Below, in pieces: positions 19,582-28,783 of a stretch of 64,000 nucleotides of DNA. Below the pieces are notes generated by a model. The model worked only from the letters and a program-made list of their open reading frames with translations. It did no database searches and had not been told where the DNA came from. This stretch comes from Promethearchaeota archaeon (GTDB lineage Archaea > Asgardarchaeota > Lokiarchaeia > Sigyniarchaeales > SOKP01): the NCBI GenBank assembly GCA_030599585.1, contig JAUVNS010000012.1, forward strand, positions 89,919 to 153,918, read 5' to 3'. The first letter of the stretch is position 1, and the number at the start of each line of letters is the position of its first letter. A program made the position numbers and the translations under genes.

Positions 19582-20145
19582 ATGACTCCTATATGGACTG
19601 ACAAAGAAGTTAGCGATCTTAAAGAGAATTACCCTAAAGTATCTTGGGATGAATTGTTAAACTTAATTCCAAAGAGAACAAAAGGAGCAATTAAGAAAAA
19701 AGCCTCGGAATTACAATTAAAAAAAAATACGAATGTTAAATGGACTAAAGAGGAAGAAAATTGCGTAGAAGATTATTTAAAAGGAAAGATCGAATTTCAC
19801 AGATTAAGGGCTCTATTACCAAATAGATCTACCCAATCAATTAACTTAAGAGGAAGAGAAGTGAGCAAAAAACTAGACATTGGTTTCTGTCGTTATTGTG
19901 GTAAATTTTCGAGTGGTGATTCTCAAGAACTAAACACTCATCGATTACAATGTATTAAAAATCCAAAGAGTGATAATTATGTAAAACCTTATGGTTTTGA
20001 TGTGGCTATGAATTATGCAAAAAAGCATAGTGGTTTGCTAGACGAGTTTGCTGATTTATCAGGGATTTTATTTGGATATTCAACTAAAGAAGTCGCAGAT
20101 TATTGCTTAGAAGAAAGATTAAAAAAATATGATTTAATAAAATAA
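19582..20145 (+). CDS. Myb/SANT-like repeat protein with C2HC zinc finger
   Basis: Two repeats, WTDKE..L...RTKGAI and WTKEEE...NRSTQSI, followed by CRYC-x13-H-x3-C. Confidence 0.65.
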   Translation: MTPIWTDKEVSDLKENYPKVSWDELLNLIPKRTKGAIKKKASELQLKKNTNVKWTKEEENCVEDYLKGKIEFHRLRALLPNRSTQSINLRGREVSKKLDIGFCRYCGKFSSGDSQELNTHRLQCIKNPKSDNYVKPYGFDVAMNYAKKHSGLLDEFADLSGILFGYSTKEVADYCLEERLKKYDLIK

Positions 20146-20258
20146 TAAATTTATCAAAATACGCTTTTCTACGTTTTTACATGTATTTCTTATGCTTTAC
20201 GAAGAATATGTTAAGACTACAAGGATATAAAGTTAATTAAAAAAATGTGTGAAAGGAA

Positions 20259-20552
20259 GTGAGTGAAAAAATGTATAGGGAAGGATTTAAAGAAATATTA
20301 AATTTTTATCTGAAGATAAAAAAAAAAGACCAAGCTAATTTAGAAAGAGTTTTAAAGGAAAATGATGAGATAAATATACCGTATTGTATTAGATGTCTGT
20401 GTAGTACCTTGATTCAAATAAAATATAATGAACTAATTTTGGATGGCGTATCGATTATTGAAGCAACAGATTTCTTAATGGACACTTCTAATTGGAAAAA
20501 AACTACGGAAGAAATAAGAACAAAATTTAATGTTCCGAAAAGCGTTTCATAA
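20259..20552 (+). CDS. Hypothetical protein
   Basis: 97-aa ORF with GTG start after AAGGAA; contains CIRCLC. Confidence 0.5.
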   Translation: MSEKMYREGFKEILNFYLKIKKKDQANLERVLKENDEINIPYCIRCLCSTLIQIKYNELILDGVSIIEATDFLMDTSNWKKTTEEIRTKFNVPKSVS

Positions 20553-20712
20553 ATTTTATTTATCAAAACGGGAACTCTAAAGGCATATAATCCCAATTCT
20601 CCAAAACAAGACTTACAAAAGGAATAATATCAAAAAATAATATTTCTTTAAATGTGGTATAAAATGAAAGACAGGGAAATAAATAGAAAATATCCTAGTA
20701 TAACCATAGAAA

Positions 20713-21320
20713 TTAATGCGTAATATCTAAATGATGTGAAAGATCTTCGACTTTCTCGGTTTTAAAATCGCAAAAGGGGCATTTAAATTTCTCCCATAAC
20801 ACTCTAATTGATTTTATATGCGTGTTCCAAACATGATCACGGACAGGACTTCGATCTTTAGATTCAGGATTACGCGCATCTCTTTGATAATTAGATAAAA
20901 TGTCACAATAAGGACATTCCTCGTGTTCCACTATATGTTTAATTTTTATTATATGCGTATTCCAGATATGATCACGCACGAGACTTCTATATTCTGATTT
21001 ATATTCGCAATAAGGACATCCATACAACCCTACAATAATCGCATGATCATGAGTCAAATGATGCAATAAATCTTCTTTCTCTTTTACTGCAAAACCATTA
21101 AGACCGCTATCACAAATAAAGCAAACATACTTTGGTTGTTCTAATGCTTCTAATGCTTCTTGATAAGTTCTTTGGAGGTGCCTTCATCTTGAAAAGGCGG
21201 TATACCGACATCGTGTCTATGATATAAATGAGCTTTTAAGGATTCTTTTTTTTTTGATGCAAAACCATAAAATTTAAAGGGACATACATAATAAACTTGA
21301 TTTAAGTCAAACTCTCTCAT
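20713..21320 (-). pseudogene. Frameshifted multi-C2H2 zinc-finger gene
   Basis: ATG at 21320 gives MREFDLNQVYYVCPFKFYGF...HLYHRH and then stops. After a frameshift near 21180 the frame continues YVCFICD...HLTHDH, CPYC..HIWNTH, CPYC..HVWNTH, CPFC..HLDITH. Confidence 0.75.
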
Positions 21321-21556
21321 TTAAATTAACCTAAGTTATGAATTTTTGTTGTTAAAGATATTAACACACATTATATTTAAAGCGCGAACGGGTAGAGTGA
21401 TTAGTGAATTAAGATCAAGCAAATTCAGAATTTAGCATTAAAATTTTTCCCATTATATTTAGGGTATTCTTAAAATAAGAAATAGAGATGGGAAATGTAT
21501 CGCGAAGGAAACCGAAGGAGTTTTCCTTGTAAAATAAACAAGTATAATATTAAATC

Positions 21557-23641
21557 TTAAATCGCAATAACTTTCCCGATAACTTTTTTAACGAACTTTT
21601 TACCAATCGTTTTAAGCCCCTTTTTAACCAAGTCTTTCATGGTAATATTTCCTGCCTTATAGTCCTGGTACGCGTCCTTAATCTTTACCCAGTCTGAAGC
21701 GAGACGATCCTTAAGATACGACTCGATATCTTCTTGATTATTAAGGATAACTTCAATTTGCGAAGTGTATTCCTTGATAAGCTCGGTATCGCTCTTGATG
21801 TCGTCTAGTTTAATGCTGAAGTCTCTAAGTAAATCGGTAACTTTTTCAGCTCTATCGCTCATCGCTTTTACGACTAATTTAGAACCTTCCTCTGCTTTTT
21901 GGACCGCAACCGAAAGAGCGACGTCTTGTTTGTCGTATAACCCTTCAGCAAACGCTTCAAACATGAAGTAATTTTCGTTCTGAGTCGCCTGAATGTTTTT
22001 TAGTAAAGCAAAATTACAATTCTTTACGACTTGCTCAATTTTTGCTTCTAATGCGGTAATATCAAGATCGCTATCAATAATTAACTTCTTATCTTCCATA
22101 AATTGCGTTTTCATGTCAAACTCTTGCTTACTGATTTCCTTGGGAGTGAGAAGGTTACAAACGTAACAGATTTCAAATGGTTCAATATGTGAAGATTGTT
22201 GCGTGCCTGTTGGGTCAGTATATGATACGATTCCCTCAACAGTATCACCTACGCAACTCTCTGTTCCCATTAACTTGAATGTAGGACTTTCAAGTGAGCC
22301 CGGTTTTAACATATCGATTTTGTATTTGTCCTTATCGGCGGTTAATCCTCCCGGAATTGACGTAAGAAGAATCTGGATGTTGTTTATGACCAATTCAGAA
22401 TTATTTTTAACTTTTACTTTGTAAAAAAAGACGCTCTGATCTCCCTCAACTTTCCAATCCCCGCCTCTTAATACATCTATCTTTTTTTTATTAAATGCCG
22501 TAGAAGATAAGGCCGAGAAAGCATCTATTACAGGAGTGGGGGGTTTAACAGCAGATGGTTCTTTAAATATAATCGTATTTCCCTTGATTTGACCATATAA
22601 TTGTTTATTATATATCATATATTCTAGTAAATCTCCTAAATCGCTTAAATCGATACCGGTCTTATCTTGAATCCTTTTAAATTTCAATTCTTTATATATT
22701 GAAGTTGAATTGGTGATGAACTCGGTTGTATCCTTCTTGATTTTTTCTAAATTTTCTTTATATAATCTTTCCTTCTCTCTTTCTTTTTCTAATCTTTCTT
22801 GTTTTTTTCTTTCTTTCTCTAATCTTTCTTGTTTTTTTCTTTTCTTTTGACAATATTGAAGAAACTTTTGAGGTTGAATGGCATACCCGAATTTTCCTTT
22901 CAAACCTCTTAATTCCTTAATAATCGCTTCCGGTATAATATTCCCTCCAAGATAGACGAATTTTAAGTCCGTGAGTTTGTCCAATCCCCTTATCTCGGTA
23001 ATTTGATTATTGTAAAGATTTAACGTTTGTAGATACGCGAGTTTGTCCAAATCCTTTATCTCGGTAATTTGATTGTTGTCAAAAAATAACCCTATTAAGT
23101 TCGTGAGAGCGTCCAAGCCCTTTATCTCAGTAATTTGATTTTTGGAAAGATGCAACAGTTGTAAGTTCGTGAGGGCGTCCAAGCCTTTTATCTCGGTAAT
23201 TTGATTATCGCCAAGAAATAACTTTTGTAAGTTCGTGAGTTTGTCCAAGCCCTTTATCTCGTTAATTTGATTATCGGCCAGATGTAATTTTTGTAAGTTC
23301 ATGAGTTTGTCCAAGCCCTTTATCTCGTTAATTTGATTATTGTGAAGATTTAACGTTTGTAAGTTCGTGAGTTTGTCCAAGCCCTTTATCTCGTTAATTT
23401 GATTATTGTGAAGATTTAACGTTTGTAAGTTCGTGAGTTTGTCCAAGCCCTTTATCTCGGTAATTTGATTAACGGCAAGAAAGGGTACACCTCTTGTGCT
23501 TCCTAAGTCTAACTTTTGTAAGTTCGCAAGGGCGTCCAAGCCCTTTATCTCGGTAACGTCTTTAATTCCCTTAGAATTTAAATCTAACATTCCGTCCTTA
23601 ACTTCTATTTTCTCTCCTTTAACTACGACATAGGACGCCAT
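21557..23641 (-). CDS. LRR (SDS22-type) - coiled coil - PCI-like - coatomer/adaptin appendage-like multidomain protein
   Basis: About 9 22-aa LRRs (LTNLQTLNLHNNQINEIKGLDK), then YKELKFKRI...LEYMI..KQLYGQI (PCI-like), then an Ig-like + platform-like segment (VKVKNNS...LTPKEISKQEF). Confidence 0.8.
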   Translation of the reverse strand: MASYVVVKGEKIEVKDGMLDLNSKGIKDVTEIKGLDALANLQKLDLGSTRGVPFLAVNQITEIKGLDKLTNLQTLNLHNNQINEIKGLDKLTNLQTLNLHNNQINEIKGLDKLMNLQKLHLADNQINEIKGLDKLTNLQKLFLGDNQITEIKGLDALTNLQLLHLSKNQITEIKGLDALTNLIGLFFDNNQITEIKDLDKLAYLQTLNLYNNQITEIRGLDKLTDLKFVYLGGNIIPEAIIKELRGLKGKFGYAIQPQKFLQYCQKKRKKQERLEKERKKQERLEKEREKERLYKENLEKIKKDTTEFITNSTSIYKELKFKRIQDKTGIDLSDLGDLLEYMIYNKQLYGQIKGNTIIFKEPSAVKPPTPVIDAFSALSSTAFNKKKIDVLRGGDWKVEGDQSVFFYKVKVKNNSELVINNIQILLTSIPGGLTADKDKYKIDMLKPGSLESPTFKLMGTESCVGDTVEGIVSYTDPTGTQQSSHIEPFEICYVCNLLTPKEISKQEFDMKTQFMEDKKLIIDSDLDITALEAKIEQVVKNCNFALLKNIQATQNENYFMFEAFAEGLYDKQDVALSVAVQKAEEGSKLVVKAMSDRAEKVTDLLRDFSIKLDDIKSDTELIKEYTSQIEVILNNQEDIESYLKDRLASDWVKIKDAYQDYKAGNITMKDLVKKGLKTIGKKFVKKVIGKVIAI
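22965..23555 (-). repeat. Near-identical 66-bp tandem repeats encoding LRR units
   Basis: The block gtttgtccaagccctttatctcg(t/g)taatttgatt recurs at mostly 66-bp spacing within the CDS. Confidence 0.9.
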
Positions 23642-24050
23642 TTTAATTTACCTGCCTATTCAACTTCTTCTCTCTAAAACGGTATACTTATTTTTTCTTC
23701 TTTAGTACATGCCCACTATTCTCTCTTAACTGCTGTATCATTAATTGTTTTTAGTACGGATGTTTTATCTCATAACTCATATTTAAACATTTGTTACTTT
23801 TCCTTAGATTTTATATAACCAAGTATAATGCAACTTCCATTATTACATTTATTTTAATCGATATCAATTCTTGGAAACATTTAAATACCAATTCTAAGAT
23901 AAAAAATTAGAAAAATTAAATTCAGGATTTTTCATCAAAAATTATCGATTATTAATAAAAAAGGTGGAATTTACGACGTTTCCTAACAAATCTTTTTGTA
24001 GGTTTGTCTTTTATTTGCTATAAATCCCCCAGTTTAAAAAGTATTCAAAT

Positions 24051-24524
24051 TTAATCTTTAAAAAAATCATCTAGCGATTTAGAAACCAAAAAAGCGAAGA
24101 AGGGCTGAAGATCAACGTATGCTAATGCTTGTTGCATGTCTCCATCTACCACTAAATTATCTGACATATAAACTTCAACGAATTTGTCATATGGAGGTAA
24201 TTTCCAATCTGGCAAGTCTATCTCGCTAGAGAATATTTTTGACCACATTGCACTTGTTAAAGATACGGTAGCGCTTGGATCGTTAACCATTCCTTCACCA
24301 CAATCTATCCATCTATCCTCCATTTTTAACCAATATTCATAATCTGCGTCCGTAATTACGAGCTGAACCGCTATTGCACAAGCGTCTTCTAATTCCCAAT
24401 ATATTTCCTCGCTTTTCTTAGCCATCTGCTTAACAAACTCGCATATTTTAAAACCATCAGACGGTTTACTTACGCCTTTTTTTCTTATTTCTTTTATTTC
24501 TTCTATTAAATTCGAGTCAACCAT
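24051..24524 (-). CDS. SCP2 sterol/lipid-binding domain protein
   Basis: VQLVITD...EYWLK...GEG...PSATVSLT...YMSDNLVVDGDMQQAL, an SCP2-like pattern. Confidence 0.7.
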   Translation of the reverse strand: MVDSNLIEEIKEIRKKGVSKPSDGFKICEFVKQMAKKSEEIYWELEDACAIAVQLVITDADYEYWLKMEDRWIDCGEGMVNDPSATVSLTSAMWSKIFSSEIDLPDWKLPPYDKFVEVYMSDNLVVDGDMQQALAYVDLQPFFAFLVSKSLDDFFKD

Positions 24525-24703
24525 TTTTTATTTCGACCTTATATCAGTGCATTAATGTGATTATAGATTAGATTACTTTTTTAATTTATTTTAATATAAT
24601 ATCTTTTATCAACAAAAAGTGAGAATTATCACTCACCGGAAACTTTGAAAAATAAACTTTCCAATTTATTTCTGCTAATTACAATTTCTGTATGAAAGTT
24701 TTT

Positions 24704-24766
24704 TTTCCAGTTTATTATGGAAAATTTCCAGTTTATTTTGGAAAATTTCCAGTTTATTATGGAAAA
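24704..24766. repeat. Three tandem 21-bp internally palindromic repeats TTTCCAGTTTATT(A/T)TGGAAAA
   Basis: Units at 24704, 24725 and 24746, each TTTCCA-N8-TGGAAA. Confidence 0.9.
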
Positions 24767-25019
24767 TTACAAATCTTTTGACGAAAACATCAATTACAAC
24801 TTTGCTTATAGCAATTGCTGGTCTAGTCGTATTGCGGACGCATTCGAGATAGACGAATTCGAAAAATCTTTTAAGCTTATTTCTCAATACTTCCAGAAAG
24901 CAGAGAAAGGAGGCGATGATAAAAAATGAGAGAATATAAAATTCTTTTAATCATAAGTTTAACACAATTTCTATTTAAGAGCAAATACTATTTAACGGAT
25001 TAGGGTTTAAGTTTAACTA

Positions 25020-26330
25020 ATGAATTCTTACAACTGTGACCTTCATATACACTCCCATCATTCGATCGGAACCTCTAAAAATCTTAATTTAGATACTATA
25101 GCTCAAACATCCAAAAAGAAGGGGCTTCATATCCTTGGGACGGGCGATGTCTTACAGCCCGATTGGCTAAAATATTTAGAAAAAAATCTGAGACAAGATA
25201 GGGATGGGGCTTTTTCTTATAAAGGCATTAACTTTATTCTTCAGAGCGAACTTGAAGATCAAGAAAGTATCCATGAACTAGTTTTTTTCCCCGATTTTTC
25301 AACCGTAAGAGAAGTCCAAAAAAAGCTTGAACCATATTCAAAAAATATTTTGGGTGAATGGGGTGGTCGCCCAAGAGTAAATTTACCTCCTCCGGAACTA
25401 GTTGATATCATTACTGATTTTGGAGCAATGATAGGTCCTGCTCATGCTTTTACTCCATTTAGAGCAATTTTTCGCCAAAATAAATACGCAACTCTCGAAC
25501 AATGCTATCAAGATGCCGTTAAAAAAGTTAAATTTTTAGAATTAGGGCTCTCTGCTAATACAGATTTAGCTGATAAATTAGATTCTCTTAAAAACGTATC
25601 TTTTCTAAGCAATAGCGATGCGCACTCTGAAAGTCCCCGCTCTTTAGGTAGAGAATTCAACAAAATAAAAATGGAAGACCCTTCGTTTGATGAACTAGTA
25701 TTAGCCTTAGAAAGGAAAAATCAGCGCAAAATTGAATTAAACGTAGGACTTAACCCGAAGTTGGGAAAATATTATAATATGTTCTGCAACAAATGTAGAA
25801 GGAGAGTAATGTTCGGTAAATCAGAAAAAACTGGAGATACTCTTTTTAATGAATATACTATTTCAGAAGAATTCATAAAAATCGTATCAGAAAACCCTGT
25901 AAATGCGAGAAAAGAATACATAAACAATGTTTCCAAAGGGAAAATTGTGTGTCCTGCGTGTAAAGAAAAAATTAACAAAAACATCAAAATTAAATTAGGA
26001 GTCAGTGAAAGAATAGATGTTATATCTACCTCAGACGAACCAATACATCCAAATCATCGGCCTCCATACATCAATGCGGTTCCTTTAATAGATATAATTC
26101 GCGCGGTTAAAAAAATTAAGAGCACTAACAGTGTAACAGTTTTAAGATTTTATGATAAAATGTTAAATGCACTAGGCACCGAATTTGATATTTTAATTGA
26201 TATAGAAATTGAAGAAATCAAAAAATTTGACGAAAAAATTGCCACAATTATCGAAGCAATAAGAAATAATAAAGTTGAATACACCCCTGGTGGAGGTGGG
26301 ACTTATGGACAAATTCAACTCGAACTATAA
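25020..26330 (+). CDS. PHP-domain endonuclease Q (TIGR00375-like)
   Basis: DLHIHS, GTGD, GPAHAFTP, ELGLSA, LSNSDAHS, LGREFN, P.LGKY..C..C, CPAC, KLGV..RI, HRPPY and PGGGGTYG motifs. Confidence 0.88.
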   Translation: MNSYNCDLHIHSHHSIGTSKNLNLDTIAQTSKKKGLHILGTGDVLQPDWLKYLEKNLRQDRDGAFSYKGINFILQSELEDQESIHELVFFPDFSTVREVQKKLEPYSKNILGEWGGRPRVNLPPPELVDIITDFGAMIGPAHAFTPFRAIFRQNKYATLEQCYQDAVKKVKFLELGLSANTDLADKLDSLKNVSFLSNSDAHSESPRSLGREFNKIKMEDPSFDELVLALERKNQRKIELNVGLNPKLGKYYNMFCNKCRRRVMFGKSEKTGDTLFNEYTISEEFIKIVSENPVNARKEYINNVSKGKIVCPACKEKINKNIKIKLGVSERIDVISTSDEPIHPNHRPPYINAVPLIDIIRAVKKIKSTNSVTVLRFYDKMLNALGTEFDILIDIEIEEIKKFDEKIATIIEAIRNNKVEYTPGGGGTYGQIQLEL

Positions 26331-26399
26331 CTTTCTAAAGAATAATTTAAATTGCTGTAAATAAAAAAGGCTTAGTTAATATAAAAATTAAAATTTTGG

Positions 26400-26666
26400 C
26401 TATATTTCAAACTCTAAATTAAGATTTAAAAGTTCTCCACATTTAGAGCAAGTCATGAAATCAAAAATTTTAAACGCTACAACCATAAGCTCTAAATCTT
26501 TTCTAGGAAATCGATTTTTAAACTTTTTTAGATAATCTCCGGAAGGACAGCTAATGATCGCTCGGACGTTAATTATGTCCTCCACTTCTGGACTATCAAA
26601 AGCTTGTTCAGTTGTATTCTTATTCATTTCAATTTCCATAAAATCAACCCCGAGCATATAAGACAT
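26400..26666 (-). CDS. Small hypothetical protein with Cys motif (CPSG...CSKCG)
   Basis: ORF with a probable Zn-ribbon; likely start is the ATG of MEIEM after GGGGTTGA. Confidence 0.55.
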   Translation of the reverse strand: MSYMLGVDFMEIEMNKNTTEQAFDSPEVEDIINVRAIISCPSGDYLKKFKNRFPRKDLELMVVAFKIFDFMTCSKCGELLNLNLEFEI

Positions 26667-26844
26667 GAAAGTTCAGTCATATAAATTTATCTATATCGAA
26701 ATATGTCCTTTTTATCACACGAACAAGTTGAAATTAGATGGTTATTCAGTGTTACCTAAATAACACCTATATTAATAATATTAATTTTGATATGTATTAT
26801 TAGCGTATTATATAGCTAATTACTCCATATTATGGTAATGATTA

Positions 26845-27987
26845 ATGGAAAACGATGAATTTGATCTAAGCAATATAGTAAAATCGCGTGACTCAGTTAG
26901 GACAAGGTTTAATGAGATAGCGCGTCAAAATGTTAAATCAGCTAATGTGTCAAATCTAGATGACGACACTTATCTAGCAGATCTGCTAAAAGTTTTAAAA
27001 ATTAAGTCTTTAGTTGTTGGAGTCGGTGGAGCGGGGAATAATACCGTATCAAGAATGCTCGACGTTGAGTCTGATTGGATCGAGACCCTCACTATTAATA
27101 CTGATGCTCACGATTTATATTACTCAAATTCTAACAAGAAACTTTTAATCGGAAAAGAGATTTGCAACGGACTAGGGTCTGGTAACGATCCTAGCATTGG
27201 TACTGCGGCTGCCGAAGAAGATGTAGATCGCCTTTCTCAAGTGTTAAACGCTGACGTAGTTTTCCTTACTTTTGGCTTGGGAGGTGGCACCGGTACTGGA
27301 GCAGCACCTATTATTGCTCGCGAAGCGAAAAAAAATAATGCCACGGTTGTGTCGTTTTGTTCCGTTCCTTTTAGATCTGAAGGAGTTGAACGAAGTTTAA
27401 GAGCAAGAAAAGGTCTTGAGGAACTTATGAAATATAGTGACACGTTAATCCCTATCCCAAACGATAATCTTCTCCGTTTTAACCAAAAACTTCCTGTTCT
27501 AGCTGGTTTTAAAATAATGGATGAAGTATTAATTCGATCCATTAAAGAAATAATAAATTTGATAAATAACTGTGGTTTGATTAATATTGATTACGCAGAT
27601 GTTAGAAAAGTGTTAGAAAAAAAGGGAAATTATCCTTCTGGGCTAATAGGTATTACAGAATCTATGGGAGAAGAAGTTGATCTAATAAGAAAGGCTAAAC
27701 TAGCATTACACAATCCTCTTTTAGAACCTGATACAAAAAAAGTAGACAAATGCATAGTTTCTGTTTCTGGCGATCATCGGTTATCCCTATCAAAAATAGA
27801 CAAAGTTATCTCAACAATTTCCAACGAAATTCCAGAAACAGCGTCTCTTAAATTCGGAACTTCCTTAAATCCAGCTCTCGGATCTAAAATTAGGATTATG
27901 GCGTTAGGTCGAGGCCCAATCTCGCCGTACGTTCAAGCGGCAATAGATGGGACTGAATTTCCACACTCTAACATAAGCCAACTTTAA
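26845..27987 (+). CDS. ftsZ: Cell division protein FtsZ
   Basis: VGVGGAGNN, INTD, GLGGGTGTGAAP signature, PF..EG..R, IPND.L and T7 loop GLINIDYADV. Confidence 0.93.
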   Translation: MENDEFDLSNIVKSRDSVRTRFNEIARQNVKSANVSNLDDDTYLADLLKVLKIKSLVVGVGGAGNNTVSRMLDVESDWIETLTINTDAHDLYYSNSNKKLLIGKEICNGLGSGNDPSIGTAAAEEDVDRLSQVLNADVVFLTFGLGGGTGTGAAPIIAREAKKNNATVVSFCSVPFRSEGVERSLRARKGLEELMKYSDTLIPIPNDNLLRFNQKLPVLAGFKIMDEVLIRSIKEIINLINNCGLINIDYADVRKVLEKKGNYPSGLIGITESMGEEVDLIRKAKLALHNPLLEPDTKKVDKCIVSVSGDHRLSLSKIDKVISTISNEIPETASLKFGTSLNPALGSKIRIMALGRGPISPYVQAAIDGTEFPHSNISQL

Positions 27988-28107
27988 TAATATTCTATAC
28001 AATATCAGAATCTAATAATCTTTTTTCATCCTTCCATAACCTTTTTTTTAAAAAATCCTTATAATTCATATTAATTGCATCAAGGTGAATCTATAATAGG
28101 AAATAAA

Positions 28108-28545
28108 ATGCCTGAAGAAGATTTAAAAAAAGTAATCCGCGATTTTTTAGACAAAAGAAAGATACTCGTACTCTGTACTTGTTTAGATAATACGCCTCGC
28201 GCAACTCCTATGGATTTTTACATGGATAAGAAATCTAATGATTTTAATATATATGTAGGACCTGCTCCTGGGAGAAAAGTAAAAAATATCGAAGAAAATC
28301 CAAATGTCAGTATTGGAATATATACGCCAATGGACACGGGTAAAATACAGGGTATGCAAATTACCGCATCCGGGAAAGAAAGGCTGATCTTTTTAAAGGA
28401 AGGGGATAAAGAATTTGATAAGGTTCAAAAAATAGTGCGGGGAAAAAGAAAGCTTCTCTTGAAGATCATTCCAGAGAAAATTGAACTTCTCGATTATGAT
28501 TTTATAAAAGATGGATATTCACGCCTTCAATATTTAGATTTCTAG
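28108..28545 (+). CDS. Pyridoxamine 5'-phosphate oxidase-like (split-barrel flavin-binding) protein
   Basis: LCTC.DNTPRATP and RKVKNIEENPNVSI motifs; ATG at 28108 preferred to TTG at 28075. Confidence 0.78.
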   Translation: MPEEDLKKVIRDFLDKRKILVLCTCLDNTPRATPMDFYMDKKSNDFNIYVGPAPGRKVKNIEENPNVSIGIYTPMDTGKIQGMQITASGKERLIFLKEGDKEFDKVQKIVRGKRKLLLKIIPEKIELLDYDFIKDGYSRLQYLDF

Positions 28546-28631
28546 TAAAATTAAATCTCTATTTAGAATTTCTTAAGAGTAAAAGCACAGTTATATTTTT
28601 AAGCCCTATTTACTTTATTTTATGTATAATT

Positions 28632-28783
28632 ACGGATGTGGATGTTATGAATGAAAAATCTAAATTTTTAGTTTCAACACCAAATTTCATAGAGATCATA
28701 TCCGAGATTATTATTCAGTAAAATCCTTTTCCTCGTGAAACGATTTTCGAAAGAAATATCCACATCCCGTTTCACAGAGAAAA
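28632..28783 (+). promoter_or_regulatory. Structured ileS leader (candidate attenuator) with alternative stems
   Basis: Stem A pairs 28632-28646 with 28755-28770; stem B pairs 28727-28742 with 28768-28783. TATA-like TTTTTAAG lies about 30 nt upstream of 28632. Confidence 0.6.
28647..28721 (+). CDS. Ile-rich leader peptide MNEKSKFLVSTPNFIEIISEIIIQ upstream of ileS
   Basis: 24 codons; six Ile codons (ATA, ATC, ATA, ATT, ATT, ATT) in the last ten; purine-rich GGATGTGGA just upstream. Confidence 0.65.
   Translation: MNEKSKFLVSTPNFIEIISEIIIQ

Larger units (their letters stand above)
19306..25019. mobile_element. Putative accessory island / integration scar between duplicated gene 5' ends
   Basis: Bounded by the fragment at 19252 and the intact gene at 25020. 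Holds low-density accessory genes, a pseudogene and repeats; no integrase seen. Confidence 0.4.

Noticed and set aside
22965-23555. CRISPR-like 66-bp periodicity
   Set aside because: The repeats are in frame within a CDS and encode 22-aa LRRs.
24704-24766. CRISPR array or ORB replication-origin boxes
   Set aside because: Units abut with no spacers and no cas genes are present. They lack the ORB G-string, and no cdc6/orc1 gene is nearby.
24675-24929. Two overlapping 70-aa ORFs on opposite strands
   Set aside because: Both are largely produced by the 21-bp repeat and have no recognisable motif, so neither is supported.
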